The notes beneath the pieces were generated by a model. It had not been told where the DNA came from. It did no database searches and worked only from the letters and a program-made list of their open reading frames with translations. Made by a program: the position numbers and the translations under genes. A stretch of 64,000 bases of DNA from Ranitomeya imitator. Taxonomy: Eukaryota. The DNA lies in the NCBI RefSeq assembly GCF_032444005.1, contig NC_091288.1:179180001-179244000 (forward strand), given 5' to 3'. Positions 35,979-49,348 of this stretch are shown here, piece after piece; positions within the stretch are counted from its first letter, which is position 1, and every line of letters starts with the position of its first letter.

Positions 35979-36890
35979 CTCAAACAAAAAAGGCAGCACA
36001 CTGTAGCGCCAAAACTTGCAAACATGCAAAGTGCTCAGTCAGAAGGCTAATGAATACAAATTTCAAAAAACTGACCTAGCAATGCCTTTCCTCACTTATA
36101 ATAAAGTCTTCATCTGTATGGGAACAGGAATCCTCTGTTATTGTAAGTGAGGAAAGGCATTGCTAGGTCCTGGTATACGTGAAATGCCTTATCGTGGCTA
36201 CCAGGTACACATGAATTGGCCAATTTTTGTGCCAAACTTTCTAAATTTTTCATATTTCTAGAGCAGTAATGCAATTCAATTTTCATTTTCATGTTTGCAA
36301 GTTATGGTGCTACAGTGTGCTGCCTTTTTTGTTTGAGAGTATATGAGTTGGTGACTCTAGGTTCAGCACCTGTTCACACTTAGTCTATGTTTGGATGTGA
36401 CGGTCAGTTTTTGAAATTGGTAAAAAATATGTGTCTATAGTGGTCAGTAATAACCCAAAGCTCAAATGTGTCAGAACAGAAAAAGCTAGAAAGTAGAGAC
36501 TGATGTAGACACCCTACAAAGCCCTAGATGTATGCACATAATATATACATAACCTTTGCCAAAACAGGCATCTACAAGTGGTTTCTTATGCAACTCAGTC
36601 TATGCAAAGTGATCACCACCAGGTTTACCCTATCCCAAGCAAACCTATATCTGTGATTCATATAAAGTAGAAAAAGTCATAATATTCCTAAGTGTGACAA
36701 CACATATTAGTTACTATACTTCTAAACTGACAAGCAATGCACAGAATTTCTATCTGGATCCTTGCAGCATACAAAGTGGTGAGTGAGTTCTGTCCCTCTG
36801 CCCCGACGCGCACGTTTCACCCAGCTTCTTCAAGGGGGGGGCCATCTTGCACACATTGCAGCCGGAAACAGCACAGTGAGAGCGTAGTGT
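35979..36890 (-). mobile_element. Probable Penelope-like remnant with inverted tail
   Basis: Inverted repeats spanning 35979-36337 and a minus-strand hammerhead-like motif at 36801-36837; identity inferred. Confidence 0.45.
36801..36837 (-). ncRNA. Type-I hammerhead-like motif (C3U, GUC site)
   Basis: Sense CCCC-TTGAAGA-A-GC(tgg)GT-GAAA-CG(tgcg)CG-TC-GGGG; helix II is weak. Confidence 0.5.
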
Positions 36891-37412
36891 GAGCAGGTAC
36901 GAACTGGGGCTGAAATTCAGTCCTGGCATTTGAAACAACACAGGCCCATGTTGTCCCCATCCCCATGAACAAGCTGAGATATATTACTAATATTACCCTG
37001 AATGGAGGAAAGGAAGATTTTCTACAAGACCAATATTTCTAATGACAATTTGCTTCATCACAACTCTTAACAATATGGGTGTCTTGAGGACACCGATTCT
37101 GTTAACAACATAGCAGAAAAGGCAGCCCATGACCAGACAGGCCCTTCTAGCATTTGTCAGAATTGCCAGATGGCCAGTTCGGCCCTGGGTGGAACCTATT
37201 TGCATTTGTCACTTGCATATCCTAAGAAATCTCCTTTGTTCCTGCCATGATACACTTCCACATTTAGATGTTGTGAAGATTAGACTTTGAGAGATCCATG
37301 TTCTTTAAATAAAACAGGTCACCCACTCACACTTGATTGTCATCCCATTGTTTAAAAACAAAAGATTCTAATTTTACCTCTAATTTATGTGCTAATCCTG
37401 AAGGGTAACATA

Positions 37413-37725
37413 TAGAGATGAACGAACTTGAAATGTAAAGTTCGTGTTTTGTACCGGACACGTGTCCGGTGATGAACTCCGAGCATGGACTTCTCCCGAA
37501 AGCCTGTTTTAGTGTTCGAGGTCCTGGGAGAAGAGAGAGAGACTCTGCTTCCTCTGGCAGCCCCCTAGCCCCTAGTCCTTACTACGACCATTTTACAACA
37601 CCAAAGTTCGAATCCTCATTGACTTTTATGTTGTTCGGGTTCAAGTTCAGGTAGAATTCTGGTACCTGAACCAAACTTTGGTCGAACACGACGAACCCGA
37701 ACATCCACAGGTCCGCTCATCCCTA
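37413..37725. mobile_element. hAT MITE (313 bp)
   Basis: TAGAGATGAACG...CGCTCATCCCTA; perfect 8-bp TSD GTAACATA. Confidence 0.92.
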
Positions 37726-38927
37726 GTAACATACTTTGGTCACTCACAGAGATGTGATATTGGATCATTTTCCTAATTAATTAGAGTCTAATATTTTTGA
37801 CTCTTTTGCTTGATTTGGTTCTCTTTACCTACTTTTAGGATTTCTGATCTGATGTAGTTTTAGATCAAATTTATGCAGAATTATGGAAAATCCTGAAGGA
37901 TACATAATGTTTTTCCAATCAGCTCTGTACAGTTATACAATCGTGATGAATTTAGCTGTGTTCCATTAAGAAAAGCTCATTTCCTAAAGTGGCTGTACCA
38001 ACAACACATGACCTGAGGATTTATTTCAAACTAAGTGACATTACAGTAATATCCATTAACAAGAAACACATCTAGGACCAAAGAGACAGAGAATGAAATA
38101 AGCTACTTTTGATGTCTTTCCCTTATATGTTTAGATCTAAGGTTGCACATTTACGATTCAGTCATTTTGGCAGATCGGCAATTACCTTGCTTACTAACAT
38201 CCATTCCCGTGTACGGTAAGTGTTAAATTCTAACAATTATGAGCCGCTATGCTTGCTGTATGTATTATAAACCTTTCACATTAAAATCACATCTATGCTT
38301 GTCATCTTGGACAATCAAGTCAGATTGTGCTGTCATAAAGATTTGGTTTGACAGGTCAGAGAAAAGTCAATTGAAATCAAGCGTATAATGTCAAACTAAC
38401 AAGGCAATTAGCCCAAAGGTAGTATTCCAATGACAGCCCCTTGAGGTTTGACAATGTGAATAACAGAAAAACACCGAGAGGCCTTCATCACATGGAATGG
38501 CAGCAGGAAATCAACACAACTGCAATAAAGTGATGGACAGGGGAGGTATATCTGCTTCAGAGGATGAACATGCCTCGTCCTAGTTATTGTCTTCTTCAGA
38601 TCTCTATAAAAGAGTCTCTTCTCCAGCAAGCACTGAACAAAGTGGGAAACCCAAAGCTGTCAATCATTCTACTTCTTTATATCATGGAAGTGACTGGCAT
38701 TTACAGCATTCTTCTTGAATTGATGTACCTGAGGCTAGCGGATTTCTTCATATTGCAGATTTTGAAGGCAACACATGATCGCCAGGTCAAACGAAATGAA
38801 GATATAAAGAAGTTCTCATTTGTTTTAACAAATTCGGTGACTAAAAAATTGTATCTTGAAGGACAGGAAATAAAGAACCATTGTAAATGGTACAACCTCC
38901 AATATGGGGTAAAGTCAGCATCATTAA

Positions 38928-39362
38928 AGGGAACCTGTCAGATGATACCCGCTACCTGATCCACAGGTATCAGGTATTGGCTGTATGATTTTAACCATCT
39001 ATGTTTTACTGTGAAAACATATTTTATAAGTCATAGAGGACGGAGTCGCACAATAGACTAGTCAGACAAGCAGGTCCCGGGTGGCTTGTCCTACTAAATG
39101 TCATGGCCGGACAGCATCTCCCTATGCACACACTCAGGGAGTGACCCTCTAGGGCAGCAGGCGGGAAGAAGCCACCAGGGATCCACCTTTCCGACTAGTT
39201 TTCCATGCTTCTAGTTCCCTGGATGCTTTTTCAAGTATCTTTTTTTCTCAAACACCACAGCGGTTCAGAGTCAAACATACCTATGTGGCTGAAATCATAC
39301 AACCAGTGTCTGATACTTGCCAACCGTAGATCAGGCATCATGTATCAGCGGTCAGGTTTTCT
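38928..39362. mobile_element. T2/Kolobok-type MITE
   Basis: TTAA-AGGGAACCTGTCA ... GGTCAGGTTTTCT-TTAA. Confidence 0.8.
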
Positions 39363-39465
39363 TTAATGACTTTGTGGTTACGATTGAGAGTAAAGTATTT
39401 TTCTGATGACATAAAACTACATAGGGTAATAAAAACTGACTATGACAGTATAATATTACAAAAGG

Positions 39466-39715
39466 AATTAGATAAAATATCTGCATAGGCAAACACTTGG
39501 CAGATAAGGTTTAATGTAGATAAATATAGAGTAATGCACTTGGGACGGAGTAATCCTATAGCTGCATATACAATAAATGGGAGTATACTCGGGACTACAG
39601 AACAGGAGAAGGACTTGGGTATTCTGGTTACAAGTAATCTGAGCAGCAGTACTCAATGTCAAGCAGCAGCCACAGAAGCAAACAAAATTTTAGGATGTAT
39701 AAAAAGAGAGATAAT
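39466..39715 (+). pseudogene. CR1 LINE ORF2 fragment (RT C-terminal region)
   Basis: WQIRFNVDKYRVMHLG...EKDLGILVTSNLSSSTQCQAAATEANKILGCIKR. Confidence 0.88.
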
Positions 39716-40757
39716 ATATAGAGAAGCTCCTCATGTCACAATTTGGACTTATTCAAGGGGCTATGCAACTCTTTTAAAATTATATTTCAATTTTGTAATA
39801 TGCCAGAGTAATTAACTTATGAACATTCATTACATTGCAAATTTACAGAAGAATGCAGCACTGCATTATAGTCAGCTGATTACCAGGTCACTGTTTACCT
39901 TCTGATAAAGTGACGTTTTGCCTTGTGGCCACATGGTCCTTTCCCTTGTGTAAATTCACAAAACACAAAATGTCACTCTAAGGTACTCCTCACCACTGGG
40001 TATTGTGACAAAGTCATTGGCAAGGTGCTGGAGGGGACATATGTTTAGCTGAGGCTCATAGTTTCACTGATCTAAAAACCCAGAGGTTTTTCCTTGAACA
40101 CACTAAGTGTTGCAAGGAGATAAGAGCCAATTTAAGTAAGGAGCTTGGTTTTTAGTTAACGACCACAGGGTGGGTGGGAGGTTGGCCACCTTATCTCCAC
40201 CCCAGGGTGTGGTATGGGGCTGCCAGAGGCAGTAGGCTTTCAGTGTCTGGAGAGGAAACACTCCAGAGATGTGTTTTTTGTGTTGTATGCTAGCACCTGA
40301 ACCGTGGACCTTGCTAGCTCAGAGCGAGCTGATCCCCGCAAGCTGAAAGACTGTGTTTTATTGTATTTAGTTTAGCTGTTGTTGCCCAGAGGGCAGTGTT
40401 TACTTTTTCCAGCTTGGTTTATGCTGCAGCTAATAAACCAAGGACGTTCTTAAAGAGACAGTGTTCCCGTTTCTACCTCCGTGTCCAGTCGAGTGAGCCG
40501 ATCTACCACAGTATACTCAAGACATGTAATCAATATCATAATCCAAGAAAATCTTTTAAAAGGGTTGTCTGAAATCGATAGATGATGAAATTGTAATGTA
40601 CTTCTGATGAGTTGGTGCACACTGAATTGTTTGGCCACACCAAAAGTGCATCAAGCGCCTGTACTTGTGCCGAGAGTCCCTTTAACAAGGAAGAGTAATA
40701 CCAGTAGTCAGTCTTTTGTGATCTACCTTCAATTTACCACCTTGACAAAATGACTTA

Positions 40758-41133
40758 GGCTAGTTTCACACTAGCGTTTACCTGATCAGAGGCAGGCTGC
40801 GGACTTCCTCCGTGAAGCCCCACCCTCGGCCGCACCTCCGCCGCTATCTCTGCCTACTTCTGCATGCGGCCTGCGTACCTATCTTTAACATTAAGTACGC
40901 AGGTCGTGCGGCTACAGGCTGCGTCCTACGCTGGTCGCCGCATCGTCAAAACGACGCATACGGAAGCATCCGCATATAGCGGCACGACCTGTGTACCTAA
41001 TGATAAAGATAGGTACGCAGGCCCCATGCAGAAGTAGGCGGAGCTAGCGGTGGAGGTGCGGCCGAGGGCGGGACTTCACGGAGGAAGTCCACAGCCCGCC
41101 GCAGATCAGGTAAACGCTAGTGTGAAACTAGCC
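40758..41133. mobile_element. PIF/Harbinger MITE, fold-back
   Basis: TTA TSD; long TIR GGCTAGTTTCACACTAGCGTTTACCTGATC. Confidence 0.92.
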
Positions 41134-42981
41134 TTAAACATGTCAAAAACAAATCAAACATAAACCAGTGTGCATTATTCCATACATGAAAGATTAATTG
41201 TGTATAAAAATGCAAATGAGATAAAATGAGATAAAAGAATATCACTCCAATGGTGCAGAACCTGAAGTGCAGGACACTGTGAATCTCTGTTGTGTTCGTC
41301 TTTTCCTTTGCTTATGATGTACATATAGATATACAATGCATATAAAGAGAAGGCACTGTGCAATTTCTTCAATGGTCCAGTGTAAGGAAGCGGAGCAGAA
41401 AATAGCAGTAAGCTCGGCTTTGCTGTGGGTTGGATCCCAGGCCTGAATAGGTTAAAAAAGAAAATCACCGAAAAAGGCAACCTCCGCTTATGACTGCCAA
41501 GTCCCAATACCAAACCAGAAAAGGATGCAGCAGACCCCCATAATAAAATCAGGGTCAGGTATAATCTTAGAAATTCACAGTATGAGGTTACACCAGGATC
41601 TGTCACTATAAGGACGTGTGATTTATTCCATCTGTGTTATTCCCTTTACTTCTCTGTGTAATTAGCAAAAATGTAGAAAACACATGTTAGAAAGCTTAGA
41701 TTACACCATCTGTAATGATCTTTGATTTTTCGCTCACAATTTTAATCGGTATCTTGTGATGTGGCTCTGTCCTTACTTCAATCAACGAACATTGTGTGCC
41801 GGAGATGTAATGTAATTGCTCTTTTTTTTGCCTATCGAATTTTAGGCATAAACATCATGGACTTGCATACATATTTACTCGTTATCTGTATAAAGAACGT
41901 ATAAAGCAGGACACAAGGAGGTGAGAAGAAAATTACAGCCTGATTAGAAGACCTGTGTGGACTTGATGAAAGACGGGAGACCCTGCGAAAGAGCAAATCC
42001 TCCTAGATTGCCAAAAGATTTGGCAACCTCCTGGTAGAGTTCCTCCCATGCAATGAATATCGAAGAAGCAGGGAAGAAATGTGTTTACAGTGAAAATACA
42101 GACTTAAAATACAAATTAATAATTTCATATTAACTAAAAGCTAATATGTACTTGACCGACCAACTACTGTTCAAAATCGTACGAAGCCATATATTAGGTT
42201 TCGAGATATTTAATAAAGTAGGTTCTACACATTTGACAGCTGTCAGCTATCTCTACCATCTCACGAATCAACATGCACACTGGGGGTACTTGAGTGCGCA
42301 TGTTTATTTTAGTACAAAACCCAAGAGAAAAGCAAAATGAGCAAATACCCTAAAGTAAATATACAGTATAAACAGGATCAGGGCTGTTATTTATTTACTG
42401 CAGGGTATTTGGTCATTTTGTTTTTATCTTGGGTTTTGTCTGCTTAGTGGCCAACATGCACTTACATGCTGCATGCACACCAACTTATATTCCAGTTCAC
42501 TGTTTTTGCTTGCTGTTTATTTCAGTAGACAGAGGAAATACCAGTTCGTATGGGAACAAAGATCAGGTACAGTATGTTGAAGTTTGGGGGGATCTGTTTG
42601 GAGGAACCTTACACATTATATTATCACACTCATTCCAGTTAAAAATGGCCGGCGTGGCCAACTTGCATTCAGTGTGTCTTGCTAGCCTAAAGCGTATCTA
42701 TTAGACATAAGCGGATTGAATTCACATCATTTGTAATTCGCCGTTTCACACAAATTCGAATATTTTGAAATTCGATTTTCAGTTTAAAAAAACAAAAAAA
42801 TAAATAACTTCCTAGCAACATTTACCACATTGCTGAAGCAGCAGAGAGAGGGCTAAAGTCATTTTATGATGCATGGATTTTCCCATAATGCACTGTAGCT
42901 ATGACATCTAGCAGACTATTTCACTTTAAACAGAGGTGGTCAGTACCTGGGCCATCACAGATCCCTGAAGTCACTGAGTAA

Positions 42982-43718
42982 AGGTACCGTCACACTAAGC
43001 GACGCTGCAGCGATACTGACAACGATGTCGATCGCTGCAGCGTTGCTGTTTGGTCGCTGGAGAGCTGTCACACAGACAGCTCTCCAGCGACCAACGATCC
43101 CGAGGTCCCCGGTAACCAGGGTAAACATCGGGTTACTAAGCGCAGGGCCGCGCTTAGTAACCCGATGTTTACCCTGGTTACCAGCGTAAACGTTAAAAAA
43201 AAAAACACTACATACTTACCTTCAGCTGTCTGTCCTCCGGCGCTCTGCTTTCCTCTGCACTGTCAGCGCCGGTCAGCCGGAAAGCAGAGCGGTGACATCA
43301 CCGCTGTGCTTTCCGGCTGGCCGGCGCTGACCCAGGATGCAGGAGGAGTGCAGAGAAGCACAGCGCCTGGGACAGACAGCAGAAGGTAAGTATGTAGTGT
43401 TTGTTTTTTTAACGTTTACGCTGGTAACCAGGGTAAACATCGGGTTACTAAGCGCGGCCCTGCGCTTAGTAACCCGATGTTTACCCTGGTTACCAGTGAA
43501 GACATCGCTGGATCGGTGTCACACACGCCGATCCAGCGATGTCAGCGGGAAGTTCAGCGACGAAATAAAGTTCTGGACTTTCCTCAGTGACCAACGATCT
43601 CCCAGCAGGGGCCTGATCGTTGGTCGCTGTCACACATAACGATTTCCTTAATGATATCGTTGCTACGTCACAAAAAGCAACGATATCGTTAACGATATCG
43701 TTATGTGTGACGGTACCT
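42982..43718. mobile_element. PIF/Harbinger MITE (737 bp)
   Basis: TAA TSD; TIR AGGTACCGTCACAC/GTGTGACGGTACCT; two internal ggtaaccagggtaaacatcgggttactaagcg hairpins. Confidence 0.93.
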
Positions 43719-43721
43719 TAA

Positions 43722-44645
43722 GTCTCTCTCTTCTGTAGACTGCAAGCTCTTATGGTTAGCAGAATCCTCTCCCTCTCCTGTAGAGTGTAAGCTCTTATGA
43801 TAAACAGGGTCCTCTCTCTTCTGTAGAGTGTAAGCTCTTATGATAAGCGGGGTCTTCCCTCTCCTGTAGAGTGTAAGCTCTTATGATAAGTGGGGTCTTC
43901 CCTCTCCTGTAGAGTGTAAGCTCTTATGATAAGCAAGGTGTTCTTTTCCTCACTTTTCTAGCGTGTGAGCACTTATGGTCAGTGGAGTCCTCTCTCTTCT
44001 TCTCTCTCTCTCTCCTGTAGAGTGTAAGCTCTTATGATAAGCGAAGTGTTCTTTTCCTCACTTTTCTAGCGTGTAAGCACTTATGGTCAGTGGAGTTCTC
44101 GCTCTTCTTCTCTCTCTCCTGTAGAGTGTAAACTCTTATGGTCAGTGGGGTCCTCTCTCTCTCCTGTAGAGTGTAAGCTCTTATCGTCAGCAAAGTCCTC
44201 TCTCTTCTTCTCCATCTCCTGTAGAGTGTAAGCTCTTATGGTCAGCAGGGTCCTCTCTCTCTCTCCTGTAGAGTGTAAGCTCTTATGGTCAGCAGAGTCC
44301 TCTCTCTTCTTCTCTCTCTCCTGTAGAGTGTAAGCTCTTATGGTCAGCAGAGTCCACTCTCTTCTTCTCTCTCTCCTGTAGAGTGCAAGCTCTTATGGTC
44401 AGCAGGGTCCTCTCTCTCTCTCCTGTACAGAGTAAGCTCCTATGGTAAGCGAGGTGTTCTCTTCCTCCCTTTTGTAGAGTGTAAGCACTTATGGTCAGTG
44501 GAGTTCTCTGTCTTCTTCTTCTCTCTCTCCTGTACAGTGTTAGCTCTTATGGTCAGTGAAGTTCTCTTTCTTCTTCTTCTCTCTCCTGTAGAGTGTAAGT
44601 TCTTATGGTCAGTGAGGGCCTCTCTCTTCTTCTCTCTCTCCTGTA
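43722..44645. repeat. ~40-50 bp tandem repeat (ctctcctgtagagtgtaagctcttatggtcagcagggtcct)
   Basis: Roughly 18 units; degenerate units of the same repeat at ~8638-8672 and ~9463-9570. Confidence 0.95.
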
Positions 44646-44782
44646 GCATGCAAGGCAAGATGGGAATATGTGTTAACTTGACTTTAATTGGAATCCTGCC
44701 GGCTTATGTAGGGATTTAGGTAATAGCCAACCTGATATCCAACCTGATACTCCAACTGAACTATTATTTTATTGATAATAAT

Positions 44783-45078
44783 TAGTGATGAGCAAACATA
44801 CTTGGATAAGGTGTTATTTGAGCATTCTCGGGTGCTAATCAAGTATCTTTGGTGTGCTCGAAAAATATGTTCGAGCCCCAGCTGCTGTTTAAGAGCCGCA
44901 ACACATGCAGGGATTGCCTGTTTGTTAGACAATCCCTGCATGTGATGCAGCTGTCAAACAGCCACGTGATATGCAACTGCCGTGACTCGAACACATTTTT
45001 CAAGCACGACGAAGACACTCGGTTAGCACACGAGCGGGGTCAGATAACGCCTTATCCGAACACGTTTAATCATCACTA
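44783..45078. mobile_element. hAT MITE (296 bp)
   Basis: TAGTGATGAG...ATCATCACTA; 8-bp TSD ATAATAAT. Confidence 0.88.
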
Positions 45079-45185
45079 ATAATAATAATCAATTCTTTAG
45101 CTTTTTAATAATTCAATTCTTGAGCTTTTAGCATGACAACCTTTTTTAATTAATATTGTTCTTGTGTTGCAGAAAGGCTCATGAT

Positions 45186-45455
45186 TAGGGATGAGCAGAA
45201 CCATGGATTTTTGGGTTCGTTGGGTTTGAGCGAACTTTAGCCCAAAGTGCGGCTTGGGTACCAGAATTCTAACCAAACCCCATAGAAGTCAATGGTGACT
45301 CAGACTTTGGTTGTGTGCTGCACTCTCTCTCTCTCTCTCTCTTCTCTCATCATCCGAGTTCCGAACACTGAAAAGGACTTGTTTGGAGTTCATCACCGGA
45401 CACTATGTTTCTAGTACTAATCCCAAACTTTACAGTTTGGATTCTCTCATGTCTA
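45186..45455. mobile_element. hAT MITE (270 bp)
   Basis: TAGGGATGAG...CTCATGTCTA; TSD CTCATGAT/CTGATGAT (7/8). Confidence 0.75.
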
Positions 45456-46223
45456 CTGATGATCCCCACTACCCTCTATATAAATCACTGTATTGCAGCA
45501 GGTAGACTCCTTTAATTTTAAGGTTAAAGCCAATAATCCTTTATTATTTAAAAAAAACTCTTCTTTGTGTGACCGTAGACATTGTCTTGGGAGCAAAGTC
45601 CCCCAAGAGTTCTTAATATCAAAGAGCCATGAAGTGCGCGTCTGTCAGATTATAAAGTCCTCACAAACGAGAGTGGGCCTTCCAACACTCTTATAAATGA
45701 TCTGACACTTCATTTGCATTTGAACTGAATTATAACTTGTTGTGTTCATTATTAGATAAAAGATTAAAGTCGCCCATCACATCTTTTTCTTGATAAATTT
45801 CAAAAGTGAAATGTAGAAAATGTGCCTTGATCATTAGCTTAGAGCTCGATCTCTGAAAGTAATGAAGCCAATTAAGTACAGCCAGACAGATATTTGAAGG
45901 ATGGTGCGAAACATTTTTTGGGAGGAGGAGGTATGTAAATTCATTATAATGAGACTTTTAATCTGAATCTATGAAGTTTATGTCACTTTTATATTTCTTC
46001 TGTTATTTCTTTACTTTTGTGCATTTCTGTCTCATTGACACTGCCTTATCATGGCTACGAGTCTTACACATCCTTAATATGGCACTCATAGACTTTTGTG
46101 GGATTACACTAGTCCTCCTTATGACTCCATTGTCATACTAAGACCTTAAGAGAATTTTTTCTTACAAATTAATACAGAATCCTTCAGAAAAAAAAAATGT
46201 GTCATGTTTCATCAGATGCGGTG

Positions 46224-46935
46224 TGTTAGGTGTCGAGTTCCCGCCGCTGCACAGGCGAAATCTCCAACGATGTCCACTGCAGTCTCCCATTCTTCTCCAG
46301 CCACAGTGGAGCCTGCTCAGCAGAGATGTCAGTCCCAGCGTCTGGCTCAGGCAGATACTGTGCGCTTGGTTACTGCTGATCTTCCAGGCTCAGCCATTGT
46401 AACCAGCACTGTTCTGCGGTGAGCAGATGCTCCTGGGACTAAGTCCTGCCATGCGCTAGTATCAGCTTATGTTCATGAGTTCATGAGCTTTGCTACATGT
46501 GGTCTGTGTCTGCATATGCTCTGGGTCGGCTGTATAGCCACTTGAATTCCAGCACCTCTGGAGAGGAGTTTGGTTGAATGAATTCAGGGCTGGCGTATAA
46601 CCACTAGAATTCCGGCACCTTCGGAGAGGAGTTGTTTGAGTGCTGTTGCTGACTGTATGACCACTGTATGCTACCTGCTCCGTTTGTGAGCTTCGCTCCC
46701 CTGTGAGGCTAACAGGGCACAGCGTTATCTTAAATCCCGGCAACTCTGTGAAGCAACAGAGTTTGCTCTTATACAGACCAGGTGACGGAACCCGTGTCAA
46801 TTCAGGAGTAGTACGGCCACATAGAGCCGCCATTTACTAGCAGCAGGTTCCACTCCTGCACGGTGGACCCGGGGGCTGCAAACGCATCTATACTATCTCT
46901 ATATTTCCTCGGTGCATTCCGCCCAGCCCCTAACA
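46224..46935 (+). mobile_element. Ty3/Gypsy solo LTR (family copy 2), TATA region deleted
   Basis: TGTTAGG...CCCTAACA; TSD CGGTG; lacks the segment between aagtcctg and ccatgcgctagtat that is present in copies 1 and 3. Confidence 0.92.
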
Positions 46936-47147
46936 CGGTGTTATGGAGATATTCCAATAGTAAGGAACCATAGAACCAAGGACTCTGTATACCCACACAT
47001 ATTAGGTCTAAGAATGCGAGTTACAGACATTTCAAAGCTGGTGAGACGATGGGGAAATCCAGCAAAATGATTTTTTGACATGACTTTGAGATATGACAGA
47101 AGATCACGTCAGTAGTAATTGCATTTCTATCGAACGGAGCAAAGTGG

Positions 47148-47348
47148 AATAGGATAAGCATTCTGGGGATTCCTGAGGAAATGAAAAAGGATCTATTCCT
47201 GAGAAGGTTCTTTAACATCCCTAATATCTTACTTTCTACTTCGTTATTAGAGATCCACAGATTGAAAAATAAACTCCAATGTGAGTATATTAAAGAGATT
47301 CTGCAACGTGCTGCTGAGAACAATCCTCGTTCTATTCTACAAAAATAA
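47148..47348 (+). pseudogene. Possible L1/Tx1 ORF1p (RRM) relic
   Basis: NRISILGIPEE...LEIHR...KEILQRAAE resembles the L1 ORF1 NIRIxGIPE / IxRAHR / KExILRAAR motifs. Confidence 0.4.
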
Positions 47349-47543
47349 CTAAATATTTACAAAGGAGACAAACGCATTCCTATCAAATGTTTACTTTTGT
47401 TGAGCATCATGTGTGTAAGTGTCATGAAGGTAGTGAAATGCTCACCGATAACTGTATTCTCCCAGTTTAAGCGCCACTCCGGCACCATGTGACCACATCT
47501 GCAACCTCCTGGATCACTTTGTGGAACTCCGGTTATACTCTAA

Positions 47544-47890
47544 GGCCCCTTTCACACATTCGTGTTTAAACATGTGCGTGAAAAAATGGCTCCTGTGTCA
47601 TCCGTGTGTCAGTTTTTACTATCAGGGTGTCATCAATGTTTCTCCAGTATGCATAAAGAAATAAATAAATCACAAAGCTTCTCCGATACTTTGCAATGTC
47701 AAACATGGACAAAACACATACGGCACACCTATGTCATCCGTGTGTTGAACAGATTTTTCACAGACCCATAGACTTGTATTGGCCCTTGTCATCCGTGCTG
47801 CCAGAAAAAAAAACTGTCATGTCTCCGTGTGTGTTGCACAGACACACGGTCCATCTAAAAACATGGATATGTGTATAGCAACATAGGTTA
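47544..47890. mobile_element. Degenerate PIF/Harbinger MITE
   Basis: TAA-GGCCCCTTTCACACAT left end; right end decayed. Confidence 0.45.
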
Positions 47891-47952
47891 TAATTAGAGA
47901 TGGGCGAACCTCAACAGTAGTTTGGCGTCTGTACCGAGCACCTACTGTTTGA

Positions 47953-48921
47953 CAGAGGCATATCTAGGGGGGAGCATGCAGGGCATGGGTCCCGGGTGCA
48001 GACGACAGGGGGGTGCAGTTGGGCCGCCTAATGGAGCTGTCCATAGTGTCTCCCCCGGTGTCTGCATTCTGCGGCTCCTAGAGGGAATATAGTGAGGGGC
48101 AATTATTTATTTAGGGGCTCAGCGTAGGGCAGATATTTTTATTCATGCCCATTATAATGACACTGATATCTTTAAGGACATCGTATGGGGATGGACAAGA
48201 TGAAGAAGAAAAGAAAGAGAACGACTCCAGAGACAACGTCATCTATCAGATACCTGGGGGTAAAAGTTGTTATGCAATACTGACTAATTCTCATATTTTT
48301 ATTTATGTTAGTAGCATTAAAGGAGTTGTCCAAGTTTGTGCTGAGTCTTCACGCTTCTAAGATTCTCTGGTACCAGCGATTTGCATACATGGAGTCACAT
48401 ACTGACTAGACATGTGTGGCCTCACTCAATGAAAATGAATTGAGCAAGTCTAGTCAGAGTGTGGTGAAAAGTATACAAATCACATACTTGTGCTGACATG
48501 ACTGTCAATTCTTGCCACTGGCAAGGGAGAATCCTAAAAGTGTGCAGCGTCTGCGCTGTGAGAATTCAGAAGCCTGTAGTCACTTAGAATGACTGCAGAC
48601 TTTGATCTCAAACCAGAATGCACCTTTTAATTATAAAATGAAGCTCTGTAGCCAATCCTAATAGCATGTGATATCCTCACTGTCAGGATTCAGCTCTGCA
48701 GGTTCTCTCAGTCATCACATGGCTGCTTCAATCATATGCGATTTTTATACTGGCGATCACGTGACAATCAGCTTCTCTCAGTTTTTCACTGAACATTGAG
48801 AGAATTAGTCAGAGCAGCTCATCGACACATGACTAAGTGTGTAAAGCACATATGTGCTAGAGGGGGGAGGCACCAAACTGAATTCTTGCCCCAGGTACCA
48901 GAAATCCTAGATACACCTCTG
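47953..48921. mobile_element. hAT non-autonomous element nested in a TAGAGATG-type hAT MITE (from ~47896)
   Basis: TIR CAGAGGCATATCTAG / CTAGATACACCTCTG; TSD CTGTTTGA/CTGTTTGT; contains a decayed TTAA-AGGAGTTGTCC T2 MITE at 48321-48626. Confidence 0.85.
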
Positions 48922-49029
48922 CTGTTTGTGTATGGACACTGAATACGGACTTCACCAGGAAGTCCATGTTACTGTTCAGGTTCGGCCCCCCGAGCAGCGA
49001 GTGTTTGTCGTGCTGTCATGTGCAAGAAA

Positions 49030-49268
49030 AACCCAAATCCTAACAACAAAAACTTTTGGGACTACAGCACGTCATCGGAGCACTAATGCCACCTAGATGT
49101 TTAAAGGACTATTAGTGTAAGAAAATCCCAAATTCCAACACCTTCGGGACTACAGCACATCATCAGAGCACCAATGCCATCTAGATGTTTAAAGGACTAT
49201 TAGTGTAAGAAAATCCCAACACCTTCGGGACTACAGCACATCATCAGAGCACCAACGCCACCTATGCA
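49030..49268. repeat. Three-copy 81-88 bp tandem repeat
   Basis: gggactacagcacatcatcagagcaccaatgcc...aaaggactattagtgtaagaaaatccc repeated, starting at 49058, 49146 and 49227. Confidence 0.85.
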
Positions 49269-49348
49269 TCCATTGCTTGTGGCAAATACTACCTTGGATC
49301 CTTGTGCCATATTTCAAAATAGACGTTTAAAGGACTATTATTTATATA

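Noticed and set aside
41954-42000. TTGATGA...GAAA motif
   Set aside because: No proper helix III or UH cleavage site, and helix II is imperfect.
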